This document shows positions 24,455 to 36,929 of a stretch of 38,089 nt of DNA, piece after piece; position 1 is the stretch's first letter, and each line of letters opens with the position of its first letter. Under the pieces are notes generated by a model, which saw only the letters and a program-made list of their open reading frames with translations, ran no database searches and was not told the origin of the DNA. The translations under genes were made by a program, and so were the position numbers. Source of the DNA: Octopus bimaculoides (taxonomy: Eukaryota); NCBI RefSeq assembly GCF_001194135.2, contig NC_068981.1:15698327-15736415 (forward strand). Reading direction: 5' to 3'.

Positions 24455-24634
24455 AAGAAGCTTGCTTCCCAACTACATAGCTCCGTGTTCAGTTTCACTG
24501 CGTAGCCCATTGGGCAAGTGTCTTCTACTATAGCTTTGGGCCGACCATAGATTTGTGAGTGGATTTAGTAGACGGAAACTAAAAGAAGCCCATCGTATGT
24601 ATATATATGTATGTATGTATGTATATATATATAT

Positions 24635-24695
<61 letters not shown>

Positions 24696-24976
24696 GGTAG
24701 ATTAAAATTTAGAGGTAATACTTGACAATTGTAAATTTATATATACATATATATATATGCGTGTGTGCGTCTTTGTGTCTGTTTTTGTCCCCTCCTCCAC
24801 CATCGCTTGACAACCGATGTTGGTGTGTTTATATCCCCGAAATTTAGTGGTTTGGCAGACGGACCTATAGAATAAGTACTAAGCTTACAAAGAATAAGTC
24901 CTTGGCCGACTTCTTCGAATAAAACCGGTTTTCCAGAATGGCCGCAGTCAAATGATTGAAGCGTGTAAAAGATTAA
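24455..24976 (+). mobile_element. Near full-length SINE family A (head, core, internal TA microsatellite, tail)
   Basis: AAGAAGCTTGCTTCCCAAC...TTGGGCAAGTGTCTTCTACTATAGC..GGGCCGACC...GTAGACGGAAACTAAAAGAAGCCC, then (TA)n, then GTGTCTGTTTTTGTCCCC...CGCTTGACAACCGATGTTGGTGTGTTT...AATAAGTAC...TGGCCGCAGTCAAATGA. Confidence 0.9.
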
Positions 24977-26229
24977 GTGTATATGTAATTGTGAAGAGAC
25001 TCACATCAGTACGAGATGCAAAGTACTATGAATATGCACTGTCCTGCGGTTAGAGTGGAGGTATCTATACATAAATTGTGGCTAATTTCACACCTTTAAC
25101 TGGACCGAAGATCATGTACGCTGTACCGCTCGTTACAAAATAGTGGTCATAATTATAATTCAGCGCATTTCTTTTGTAGAAATATGACGCTGAAACCATA
25201 GCTCTTCGAGATAAGTCTTCAGGCGTGTTGAGTTTCGCATGTCGCTACACATGCATTAACGTGTAGATATCGGCGTTGTAATTGCATTTATTTAATCATT
25301 GGCTTGTTGTATGGTTGTAACCAACTTCGGTATTTTTCGTAAATTGTGATAGAAAATAAATATATAAATAATTAGCTGACCAAAAATCGATTATATTTGA
25401 GCAGACCATTTGGCGCTGGAGGTATTTCAAATCTACACAGAAATGGTATCATGTAATATATTCAGCCGTTCTGATAGTTGAACAATCATAGTAGCATATA
25501 ACATTAATAGAAACAGCATGGAAATACACGGTTAGTATTGCTAAAAGTAGAAATTGGTTGTCGTTGCCTATCATATATGAATTACTAATTAGTTATATGA
25601 AATGCAAAAGTATTCTGAGATATATCGTCTTGAATATACAAAAGACTTAAGATTTATATAGAGAGAATGACATAAGAATATTGGCAGTAAGTCTCAGACT
25701 TGGTGGAAATAATTGGAAAATCGAAAACTATCATAAAACATTGCCAAACATTGCCTGTAAGCAATAAAATACAAATTTTCATGTACAGCGTGTTAAAAAG
25801 TATTGTGAGCCAGGAAAAGCAGTACATTCAATTAAAAGGTGTGCATTTTTCTAAATTTATGGCTGCCCTGGACAAAAATGTTCATAATTGAAGAAGACAG
25901 ACTTATATTTTAAACTTTTCTATTTTGGAGTGAGTTTTCATTAATTTCGGGGGTAGGTGAGGGGAAATGGTGTAAAATATTTTTCAATTTGTTTATAATT
26001 AAATGTAACGAAGGGATATAGGTACATAAATTTTCATATTAGAAAAGTCAATACGGATGATGCTTAAAATGAATTTCGAAGTTTTGTATGTCGATCATTA
26101 CGTCATCAGGACAAGAACCAATGTAATATGTACCAAAAAGCCAGATGAGGCTTTCTTATGGTCGGAGCATATTCGGTTGTGTCATAGTCAACAGGGTAGG
26201 TTTTGTAAATGGGGCCTTGAATGTATGTG

Positions 26230-26760
26230 TGGTTCAGAGAGTGATGGAGACTGCATATATATCACCTAAATTAGAAGGAAATGTTTAGTATACCTGGTTT
26301 TCATGAAGATGTATTGTTTAGAAAATCACTCCCGATTGTTTTATTAGTCCATTTCACATATAAAATCGTGTTTTTTTTTATGATGACACACTGGTTTCAT
26401 GAAAGTTACTCAGGACTCACTGAGCAAAGGTTTAGAAAAAGTAGTAAAAATTTTAGAGCAATGAAAACTTAAAGGCTGTAAACTGCATAAAATCATTCCA
26501 CTTAACTAACAGTTCTCTTGAATTTGTTGCAATGGATACGTCGCATCAATCAATTACTATTGGGAGGTTACATTTTTCACATGAATTATTTACTCTTATT
26601 TCGTAACGTTTGAAATACAGCGAATTTCTACCTCTTCGATTGTGGGTATGAGAGATGTGGTCGAATAGAGAAAATTGGAAAGTTTATATCAAAAGGAAAG
26701 GATAATTTCACGCACTCATAGAGATGTTTTAGACAAATTAATATGCCCTTTTGGTGAAGT
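26230..26760 (+). mobile_element. Highly degenerate LINE APE-endonuclease remnant (CR1/L2-like)
   Basis: Across frameshifts: ETAYISPKLEGNV/SIPGF...FRK, LLLGGLHF and IISRTHRDVLDKLIC loosely echo ETWL...IPGY..FRxDR, ILGDFN and PTRxxNILDL, in the expected order. Confidence 0.4.
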
Positions 26761-27711
26761 TCTGACAACTTATATGACATTAAATAACAGAGGTTTAGAA
26801 ATGTTGGCAATGTATCAAGTTCTTATAAGAAAACAGAATACTTTGATTAAGAAATTATCTAACTATCTTATAGAACAGAGAAATTATGACACATGACGTT
26901 TAGAAGAGAACTGACATTGGTACACTTCATAAAGCTATTAGAAAATTTGTGTAGTTAAATGAATTACAGCGAGGAACAGTATTGTTAAAAGTAGAATAAG
27001 AAGCTGAAAGAAGTAATAAGCGTAAATGAGTCAACGATATATCTAGGAAATGACTAGACATGTCTGTATGAAATTAGATAAGAAGACATTTATCAAGCGA
27101 AGAATTTCGGTAATAAAGAAGTATATTTGCGAAATTACTACTATCAAATGAAATTTGTTGGTTAATTTGTCATTATAAAAGATTAATTATGATATGATTA
27201 TTTTATTAAACTATCTGTAAATAGACGTATATAGTAGTCACCAGTAACACTCGAAAGATTAATAACTGAAATTATGATTTTAAAAGTTGTGATTTCACAC
27301 TAAATATAGAAGTAGTATGAAACAGTGATTTCACACTAATTATAAATGACTAAATTTCATATACTAATAATGAGAGACTACCAAATTTAAGAGCTCAAAC
27401 CCTGAAGCTAAAACTATAGTAACATTATAATAACACAACGATGTTATGTAAATCAAGAAAATCTTATTCTGTTTCCCGCCTAAATAGCTACAGGATCTGA
27501 GGCCAGGGTAAAGCTATTCAATATCAACAACGGGTAGAAATCTGACATTCAAACGAAGCCATTTCAGTTTTTTCATAACCCTAATCAATTGTCTAAGGTA
27601 AAAGAGAAACATAATATTCAAAATGCTGTTAATATTAGCAATATATATCACAGCGATATTCAAGTGAAGCAACTGCTCTTTTTTCAGTGTCGTGAACTAT
27701 TACGTTTGGTA

Positions 27712-27797
27712 TAATCCTTTCTACTGAGGCACAAGGCCTGACATCCTGGGGATTACATTGACCCTATTGCTGAACTAGGACATCTTTTATCAACCCA
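27712..27797 (-). mobile_element. Family-B SINE 3' fragment
   Basis: ATAATCCTTTCTACTGAGGCACAAGGCCTGA...ATTACATTGACCC resembles the 3' part of the copy at 30849. Confidence 0.7.
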
Positions 27798-29229
27798 CTA
27801 CATTCGGACTAGCTCTATATCAATGTCTTTATATTTAGGTAATTTCATAATTTACTTTAATGAAAGTACTTCGTTTAAAAGTCACTTGATTTCTAGATGT
27901 TCTTTAGAAAAATACTGAGTCAATTAACCATAAACTCTGTGTGTTTGTTTGTGTGTTTGTACGTGTGTGTGTGTACGTATGGGTGTGTATGTGTGTGTGT
28001 GAAGGGTATCTGAAAGCCTTTTTGTGTACGTTGTCTATGCTATCTGTTTTATTGATATTTTATAATGTTAACATAAGTTCTAGATAGGCAGTTGTTAATG
28101 GCATCAAACCGTACATTATTTCATTATACTTACATACTTTCAAATGTATGAAAACCTTATTATAGTCGTGTCTCTACATGTATTTCTTCCGGCTAAAATC
28201 TAGCATTTACAGGCAAAATGCCTAATTTTCTTTGCAGCATCTACATATTCAATGATTACTTGATATTCCCTGTTCCATTTTACGCTGTTGGTATTCTAAC
28301 TATAAATATTTCACTACTGACTATTACATGCGATTTTCTGATACATAAAATGCACCCCTCTTTCTTAAAGTGGGTGTAGCATTACGGAGATGTACTCGCA
28401 TGCATAGAAAGTGTTTTGATCTAAAATCGTGTTCTGAAATTGAAGTCATTGCTGTATGGAAGACATAAGTTAGCCATTCAGAAACACAAATTCGTCAGGT
28501 TCGGTTGGTGTGCAGCATTGTGTTTTGGGAATTTATGCTGTTGTTAACATACACCTTTATTAGAGATCCTGGCTTCTTGTTTCTAGTGTTTTTTTTTTAT
28601 TGCTTCTCCACTTGTGTAGATTATATGCAATATGAGAGACTTTATTCTGTTGAGTGGCGAATGCTTTGTATGCCCTGTGATCTTGCTGTTACGTGCTTTA
28701 GTACTAGACGGTTCTTATCTAGAACATGTGATATTTGGATATTTTATCTTTAATGCTAATATATAAAATGCGAATTGTATAATTTGTTGGTGTTAAAGCA
28801 TCGAGTATTGGTTAAATGAATTTGTATTTTCTTTTTATTATCGTGTTGATTTTGTTCGGTTGGCTTTGTCTAATATACTGAGAGTATAGCGGTTGAGTTG
28901 TGACATTGAATCCATTGTGTCTTGACTAGGATGCTAACATTCCTATAACAGCAAAACAGCAATTCCTTAAGCAGGATATAGTGGTATGAGCCTTGATACA
29001 ACTTATATGTTGTTGTTCATATTATCATTATACTTAATCCTACTATCATCATTGGTGGTACTATTTTCACTTCCATGTGTCATCTCTAGTTTATATCAAT
29101 TTTTAGAGTTTTGTATTTTGGCAGTTTTTGTTCTTCCTATTGTCGGAATGGATTGTGAGTTATATCGGCGAACAGGAATTTCCTTGCAGTTCTTAATTAT
29201 TATATGAAGAGAGTTTCCTTAAAACTTTT

Positions 29230-29860
29230 GTCACTTTAGAAAAGTATGCCAGAGGTTATAATGGCCCAATCATAGCCAGACTCTAAGTTTGGCATATATG
29301 AATGTCACTGCTTGTCTAGTACTAGAGAATAAGTGGATATATTCAGGTTTGGCAAAGACTGAGCAACTTAAAATGATACGGTTTTCTGTGTTATTCTATT
29401 GGTTGCATATTTTCCACTTGGTGCTAGCATTCCCTTTGACAGATTTGTTTCTCTACTTATGTGGTGTTCGGTATTATTCATATGCATCTAGAATCGAACT
29501 TTCTGTTTTTACTTCTCGACCATTTAAAACCATTGTTGTGTTTCTGTCAGCTTTACAAAATACTGACATAGAGTTGTTTCCTTCCAGTTCTTTTGTTAAA
29601 ATGTTTTGGAAATTCATTTGAATTTTAACTTTAATTTCTTTACATACCTTTTCAATGGTGTTGTTCATATTTGGTTCTTTTATTTCTGTGCATTCAGTTA
29701 TCCACTTGATAATTATCATTCCATTATATATAGAGGGAGAAATATATTTGCTTTTTTCCATATTCTTCTTATTGCACTCATTACTTCTTATTGATTGCTT
29801 ATAAGTATTTGCAATCTTTGCAATAGTTAACTTGTTAATATTCTGGTGTGTATGAGACTC
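29230..29860 (-). mobile_element. Degenerate Penelope-like element, N-terminal part of RT
   Basis: Minus strand ILTKELEGNNSMSVFCKADRNTTMVLNGREVK..SILD resembles the PLE motif NLTKEE..LK.L.....I.KADKGN.TV.M. About 80 codons later, YMPNL...WAIITS sits where LPKIHK...RPI(V/I)S is expected. Confidence 0.5.
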
Positions 29861-30848
29861 CACTCTGCTTGTATGTGTTCTATGTAGGTTTTATGTATGC
29901 CTATTTTTGGGTGCTTAGCTGTGGTTGTTGAGTGTCATGATTTTCTTTTTTTTTTAAGTGTGTGTATCGGATTTTGTTTGGCCTTACAGCCTTTCTAAAG
30001 ATTTTAGATTTCCATATTGATTTTTTTGTGGCATCAAATAGATGAAAGGGGTAAAAGATCTGGGTCTAAGCAGATATATTTATTTTCGTTAATTTCTTTC
30101 ATTTTTCTTCCTTCCTTGTTTGTGCTACTTTTCTTGGTTGGTTTTTCAATAAATCTCCACATCGAGTGTATTTTTGGTATGGGCTTATTCTATCAGCTTG
30201 GTCTTGTAACTTGATTTCTCTTGTTGCCATTGTTATTGGTAATGCTAATTACTCTAAACACTGTTTAACATATAAATTTGTGGTATATATGTTTGATGTA
30301 AACATTTACACTAATTAATCTAAGAAGTACTTTACTCATAGAATTCCGGTATGTGTCTGATATAAATATTTACAAGTTTTCAAGTTTTATTCTTCTCATC
30401 GTAAATGTTATTTGTTCTTTTTGTTTACGTGACTTTCTTGTTTTGTTGGTTAATAATAAATTTTATTTCCGCTGCGTGTCATGTCGGTGTATATAGCCGG
30501 GGGTTGGCAATTCGTGGTGCCTAAACTGGATTTTATTTATAAGTTACTTTGTACTATATATGTACATTTTTTTCTGCATTTAGAATTATTTTACTGAAGT
30601 TAAATAGTGAAATCTCTCTATTGCTTATGGTGGTAATGTTAATTTTGGAAAACATTTGTTCAGTTTTTTGGTGAGTTGGTTGGCTCCTTAGATTTAACAT
30701 TTTTTATTTTTGTAATAACTGTATTTATCTTCTCCACTAACGTGTCAATGTGTTGTAAACAGCACTGATTTGCGGCCGAATGGAAATTAGAGTATTAAGG
30801 TAAGCATTAAATAGATGTATGTTGCACAAGGTTATAAATGAGTAAGAT

Positions 30849-31066
30849 ATATTCTTTTCTATTCTAGCCACAAGGCCCGAAATTTGGGGGAATGGAGCCA
30901 GTCGATTAGTCGACCCCAGTACACAACTGGTACTTAATTTATCGACGTCGAAAGAGTAACAGGCAAAGTCAACCTCGGTGGAATTTGAACTCAGAATGTA
31001 ACGGCAGACCAAATACCTCTAAAAATTTCGACCGGCTTGCTAACGAGCCTGCTAGGTCGCTGCCCT
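30849..31066 (-). mobile_element. Near full-length family-B SINE
   Basis: The reverse complement carries a tRNA-like head with CTGAGTTCAAATTCCACCGAGGTTGACTTTGCC, core TAAGTACCAGTTGTGTACTGGGGTCGACTAATCGACT and tail AAATTTCGGGCCTTGTGGCTAGAAT. Confidence 0.9.
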
Positions 31067-31519
31067 TGGGTAAGAGATATTGTAAATGGTTCGGTGAGGA
31101 ACGTGGAGTTGCATAGCGTGGTTGGTATGTTCAATGATTTAGTTTTGATATTCCCTGTACTGATGTGTATAATTTGAAATCTGAATTTCGGTTGGCTTGT
31201 GACAGTGTATGTGTTGTTGTTGTAATCGTTGTTTTCAGCCTGTTATAACATAGAGATATATCGAGCGTTGTATATGTTTGCGCAGATGTGTGCGTGTTTT
31301 TGTGCGGATTTTCTAATTAGGAAAAGGTATGAATTTTCTAATTTCAATCTCCAGAGGTACTTATATTTTATTTATGTATAAATTTATATCTACTTAGAAT
31401 ATATTATTTTCAATGTTACTATGTTTTTGTGCCGTGTATTTGTGTTAATGTAAAGTTTGTCGATAATGTATGTGAAAAAAACAGTTCTTAAATCTTTCAT
31501 ATATCTCCAAAAGTGGGGG

Positions 31520-31860
31520 ATCTGTCCTTCAATAGAGAAATGCTCACATATGTAAGTAGAGTCTATCAGACATGCACGACTACCTTCGATACAGTGCGAA
31601 ATCTAATGCGTTCTCTAATTGCTCATGATCTTCCTTCCTTACTCCTATGATTCTAAGAAATTGTAAGACTCTTCTTTTTTTTTAAGATTTAATTCCATAG
31701 ACGATATTCAGACAAAGTTCATTCTTTAGTAACAACATTCGGAAAATTTCTCACTGGAACTGGCTTTGTCAAATTTAGTCATGCTTCCTGGATATTTCAC
31801 AGACATCTTGCAGTATCAATGCCGGGTGTTCGTGAAAATTTTACTTTCCACTTCTTGGTT
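31520..31860 (-). mobile_element. Possible GIY-YIG endonuclease remnant (Penelope-like)
   Basis: Minus strand, across frameshifts: YCKM...KF...RMN / NIVYGIK / IG / GRS*AIRER resembles C..C...F...NC...NIVY.I.C...YIG.T.R.L..R. Weak. Confidence 0.3.
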
Positions 31861-32093
31861 TTCTACAGAATATGACTAAGCATTTATAATAGCTTAATAC
31901 TTGCTTTATTCTATATTTCAATATTCTATCTGTTAATTTATTACAACAGCCTATATTTCAGTTTTTGGCCCCTTGATGTTATCTCATATACGCTAATATG
32001 GCACAAACTTTTATGGTGTATTCATTTACATTTCATTTAAAGCTATCAATTATTTTGCTACTGTAGTTTATTTCCGCTTTTAAATGTGTACAA

Positions 32094-32166
<73 letters not shown>

Positions 32167-33015
32167 GAGAGAGAGAGACATATATATCATATATATATAT
32201 ATAATATACGTGTGTGTGTGTATATATATGTGTGTGTGTTGTATTTCGGAATGGTCATATTATTTATTTGCTTCATTTGGCCAATGACAGATTATTGTTT
32301 TCTATTTTATAGAGCATACAAAGTGATCATATGTGAAACATACTGGAAATTGAACTTTAACACTCAATTTTGATAACTGCAATTCCTTTTAAAATTATTT
32401 ATGTCATTTTCAATATTAGTACTAACATACCCTGAGACAATATATACAGCTTACCTGATATGCTTAAAATATTATTAATTACGAAGTATTAAATATCCGT
32501 AAACAAATTTGATTTCGGTATCACTCTATGCATGACAATAATCTTGAATACTTTTACGATTCTTCTGCTAATTCAGTAAGTATAATGTAGTTAAACCTGA
32601 TAAATTTCCGATGTGTGCACCTGAGCAATATCTCAGAATTATATTATTAAAAACACTAAAGGCATTTTTTATATCTAATTTAACTTCAATCGAAGCAATT
32701 CAAAGTATATTATATTAATGCTGAAAGCCTATATAAAAAAATATTGTTTTGCGTTTGGTGTCATGGATAATCAAAACTTTTGTATATATTTACTGTCACG
32801 AGAAATAAGATATTCAGTACTTTTTCATATACATATATATATATATATANNNNNNNNNNNNNNNNNNNNNNNNNNNNNNNNNNNNNNNNNNNNNNNNNNN
32901 NNNNNNNNNNNNNNNNNNNNNNNNNNNNNNNNNNNNNNNNNNNNNNNNNNNNNNNNNNNNNNNNNNNNNNNNNNNNNNNNNNNNNNNNNNNNNNNNNNNN
33001 NNNNNNNNNNNNNNN

Positions 33016-33383
33016 TTTTATATATATTCATGTATGAGTGTATTTGTGAATATGTATGGGTGCGTATATATATATATGTATGTATAATGGTACGTGTATA
33101 AGTGTTTATATACACACGTGTATCTGTGGGAGAGTGTGTGTATATATATTCATGTCTCCGTATGAAACTAGATGTGTTTGTATAGATTTTTGCGTACATA
33201 TATGTAATTTTTTTTTTTTGCTATTTTTTATAAAAAATATATAAATATGCATCCATGTATGCTTAATTGGATGTATGTATATTTTTGTGCACAGATATAT
33301 TTATGCAAATTTTTTTATATATATTCATGTATGAGTGTATTTGTGAATATGTATGGGTGCGTATATATATATATGTATGTATA
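33016..33383 (+). repeat. Exact 71-bp direct repeat (33016-33086 = 33313-33383) beside an N-gap
   Basis: TTTTATATATATTCATGTATGAGTGTATTTGTGAATATGTATGGGTGCGTATATATATATATGTATGTATA occurs twice, identically. Confidence 0.9.
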
Positions 33384-33393
33384 TATATGTATA

Positions 33394-33478
<85 letters not shown>

Positions 33479-33737
33479 ATGTATGTATCTGTGTATGTGT
33501 GTGTATATGCGTATATATGTGTATGTGAGTGTGTATATATGTGTATATATGGATGTATATATATATATATGTGTGTGTATATAAATATATATATGTATAT
33601 ATGTATGTATATGTATGTGTGTATGTTTATATATGTATGCATGTATATGTATGTGTGTGTGTATGCTTGTTTTTATGTCTATATGAGTATCAATGTGTAT
33701 ATATGTGTATGTGTGTACATATATATGTGTGTATGTG

Positions 33738-33786
<49 letters not shown>
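33360..33786. repeat. Long compound (TA)/(TG)/(TATG) low-complexity tract
   Basis: Directly visible; source of several Y/I/V/C-rich ORFs. Confidence 0.95.
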
Positions 33787-33789
<3 letters not shown>

Positions 33790-33863
33790 ATAAGAATTTA
33801 AATGGATGACAGAATATAATTCCTCATAGTCGAAACAGGAACTAAAATATATTTTAAGTAGCC

Positions 33864-34230
33864 AGGAGAGTCAGCTGGTGGAATGTTTAGCATGCCGGGC
33901 AAAATGCTTAAATGCATTTTTTCCATTTTTACGTCCTCAGTTCAAATTCTGCCGCGGTCGACTTTGCCTATCATTCCTTCGGGGTCGATTATATAAGCAT
34001 CAGTTGATTTATACCTCAGCGAAATTGTGACAAAATTTGAAACCAATATTGGCGAAATCGATAGCTTTCCCGTCTATTTATGTTCTTAGTTCAAATACCA
34101 CTGAGGTTAACTTACATTTTCATCCTTTCAGTAATTATTGCATGAAGTAGTCAAGTACTTAGGTTGATGTAATCAAATAAGCTCCTCCCTTAAAATGTCC
34201 GGCATTGTGCCAAAATTTTGAACAACTATT
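33864..34230 (+). mobile_element. Two tandem family-B SINE copies (33864-34050, 34051-34230)
   Basis: GTCAGCTGGTGGAATGTTTAGCATGCCGGGCAAAATGCTTA...CAGTTCAAATTCTGCCGCGGTCGACTTTGCC; second core TAGTTCAAATACCACTGAGGTTAACTT; both end in CAAAATTT(T)GAA..A.TATT. Confidence 0.85.
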
Positions 34231-34869
34231 AAGATTAATTATACTGACATCGTATTTACGTAAAATAATAATTATTTCATGAAAATCGTGTAGGTTTTTC
34301 TTTTTTTTTATGTTGAGAGTTTGGGGATAACAGCATTTCGATCGAAATGTTCTTTGAATGTCACTACAACATCGATCCAAATTGCTTTCCATAATCTTAT
34401 CCAATGGAGCATATCCTTTTCTTTATAGTTATCACCACAAGATGAAAGTTTGCTGCTTGCTCACAGTGATCCAGCGAATCGTCTAACAACGGAACTTCCC
34501 ATCAATATCAACAGGCTTCATTTAGTTTATTAATGACATTTTAATATTGCAAGCACACATTTTATCACATTTTACTACCCTTTAATCCTTCAGTAATTTT
34601 CACACTCATGCATCATCCATATTTCCACATAATCCATTTATATGAAAAATGGCATCTTGTATAACAACGAACAATATAGAATCATATCATCAGCCAACTG
34701 CAAGAAGACATAATCAGTTCAGATATCAAGGAAACGCACAGTGTTACTTCATAATAAAACTAACTCGAAACGGAAAATTTCATCGACGCTCATTCAGAAA
34801 AACATAGTTCCTTCATAGAATTGTTTTCTTTTTCATCTCATTCAGTTGGTAAGAGCAATACCCGTGAGC

Positions 34870-35035
34870 GTTTATTGGGCCTTCAAAATTGACAGGAAGA
34901 AGGAAAGCTCAACGATATCCTCAAACTTAAGGCATACTCCAAATGCATGCAGCAGTTGATTTTACTAAAGTCATCCATGTGCCTGGTAGTGGTGTTAAAC
35001 AAGGAGACGGATTTAGTCCACCACCCCAGTACATA
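34870..35035 (+). mobile_element. Short non-LTR RT remnant (RTE-like)
   Basis: GVKQGDGFSP at 34991-35020 matches the RT motif GVRQGDxLSP; flanks are degenerate. Confidence 0.5.
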
Positions 35036-35829
35036 ATGTAAAGCATCTGATCCGACGTTTTTTGAGTTCTGTCAGTCCAATACCTCGGAATGGTACTTTA
35101 TTATCAGCCAACAAAAGATCAATATCAAACTTGGCCTCAGCTCAGTGATTTCGAAAAAAAAAAAAATACTGTGAAGCTTTCTGCTCTATGCTCTAGCGAT
35201 TTTGCCAAAGGCAGCGACTTCTCATTCGGAAAATTTATCAATGCCAACAGTTTCCAATTATTATAAACGAAAAAGTCACTTCTCTGTGACCTTCCAAGCA
35301 TTCTACCCTGTATCTGCAATTAATATCCAAAAGATGAAAATTTTTCACTTATACAAAAACTACAAATATAGCGTCATGCATCTTTGCTCCCAGTACATCA
35401 GCTGTTTCAATTTATTCTAACATCGGTATGACTTAACGCCTAACCGAACCCATTTGCTTCACTCGTTACTTGTTTTAAAGCTGTGAAGAAGAAACCACGA
35501 GGAAGAAGAAATTGCTAAAGTTTCGGGAAGCGATGTGAATTTAGGTGTTGGTCGTACTGATAGTAAGATTGTCGGCCATTTTTTTTCTCTTTGGCATGTG
35601 TACAGCCTGTGCCTGTTCAGTCGATTCTATTTATATTCGTGCTTGTAGCTACCCTATTATTGTCTTTATTATTTCTATGTGTGTTTGTGTTGCTATTTGA
35701 GTTGTGGTAGCTGTTGTTTAGTAAAATTGCTGCATTTCTTTTTACCATTAGTTTTATTGTTGCAGTCTTTGTTACTTTCATTCGTTATGTGGTTGGTATT
35801 TGCAGTGTCACTGGAGCTATTATATGTGT

Positions 35830-36040
35830 TTCCATCAATTTTTGAAGGTCTATTTTCAATACATCCTACACGCTGCCTTAATTATAAGAATGCGGTGTTC
35901 CATATTCGATGAATTCGCCTACGATATTTCCGCTGTGTGCCGGTTGAACAGAACAACTGGCTGTACGACACCAGATAGCCCAAACTCTGCCAGTGCTCTA
36001 CTCAACAATTCATCACACTAATCAACGTATACCCATTATT
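35830..36040 (-). mobile_element. Possible RTE-clade ORF C-terminal remnant
   Basis: Minus strand LGYLV... and EYGTPHSYN*GSV*DVLKIDLQKL loosely resemble WLGHLVRM...YGEL...KDxLKxxL. Confidence 0.3.
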
Positions 36041-36058
36041 CCAAAGATATCATATACA

Positions 36059-36231
36059 TAGGCGCAGGAGTGGCTGTATGGCAAGTATCTTGCTTATCAG
36101 CCACATGGTCCCCGGTTGAGTCTCATTGCATGGCACCTTGGCCAAGTATCTTCTACTGTAGCTTCGGGCCGACCAACGCCTTGTGACTGGATTTGGTAGA
36201 GGGAAACTGGAAGACGCCCGTCGTATATGTA
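36059..36231 (+). mobile_element. SINE family A head/core
   Basis: TAGGCGCAGGAGTGGCTGTATGGCAAG...TGGCACCTTGGCCAAGTATCTTCTACTGTAGCTTCGGGCCGACCAACGCCTTGTGACTGGATTTGGTAGAGGGAAACTGGAAGACGCCCGTCGTATA. Confidence 0.9.
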
Positions 36232-36434
36232 NNNNNNNNNNNNNNNNNNNNNNNNNNNNNNNNNNNNNNNNNNNNNNNNNNNNNNNNNNNNNNNNNNNNN
36301 NNNTATATATATATATATATATATATATGTTTGTGTGTCTGTTTGCAGTATATTCACTATGTGCCTATGTAGACGTACTTCTTTACTTCCTCGATTTCAT
36401 CGCTTCTCGTCGCTATTCGGCCTTGTATTAAGTA

Positions 36435-36815
36435 TTTGGACTGCACGTATTCTCCTTTCGTGCCATTCATTATGAGGCCTAATGCTGAGATATGGGTGTC
36501 CAACTCTATCAACATAATTCCATCTGTAAATTATGTTAGTAGCTCACCGTTGATGTTCATGCCATCTTTGAAGTCAATGTCCCTAATAGCAATTTGTAGA
36601 CACGCAATGAAGAACTTAGGAGAAAAAGTATCTTCTTCTGTCTTAGCCCTTCGAAATCAGAACTCTACTAGAGGCGGTAGTAGAGCTATATTGGTTGTGC
36701 ATATAGCGTTGGCATCTCGAAGCAGTTTCATGTATTATTCCTCCACACCTTACATTTCCAGAGATTTCAGCATTGCCATCATCTCGACACAATGGAAAGA
36801 ATTTTTGCAGTCAAC
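36435..36815 (-). mobile_element. Degenerate RTE-clade LINE reverse-transcriptase core
   Basis: Minus strand, one frame with stops: DCKNSFHCVE..MLKSLEM*GVEE*YMKLLRDANAICTTNIALL...RAKTEEDTFSPKFFIACLQIAIRDIDFKDGMNINGELLT*FTDGIMLI...LGLIMNGTK. This parallels D.EKAFDSV, GVRQGDTISPKLF, GININGE.L..LRFADDI.L and GL.MN..KT. Confidence 0.85.
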
Positions 36816-36929
36816 GGAAGTGATATGTTTGCGGATATGTATGTATGTGTGTATGTGTGTGTGTGTGTACATGTGTATATGTGCATTATGTGGATGTACG
36901 TGTGTGCGTGAGTAAGTGTTTGTGTATGC

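Noticed and set aside
25150-25250. Acceptor TTCTTTTGTAG with an open frame, and a minus-strand CTGAAGA hammerhead-like core
   Set aside because: No usable GT donor follows; the hammerhead lacks stem II pairing and has GAAG instead of GAAA.
26070-26125. Minus-strand CTGATGA...GACA hammerhead-like string
   Set aside because: There is no stem I partner and no closed stem II or III.
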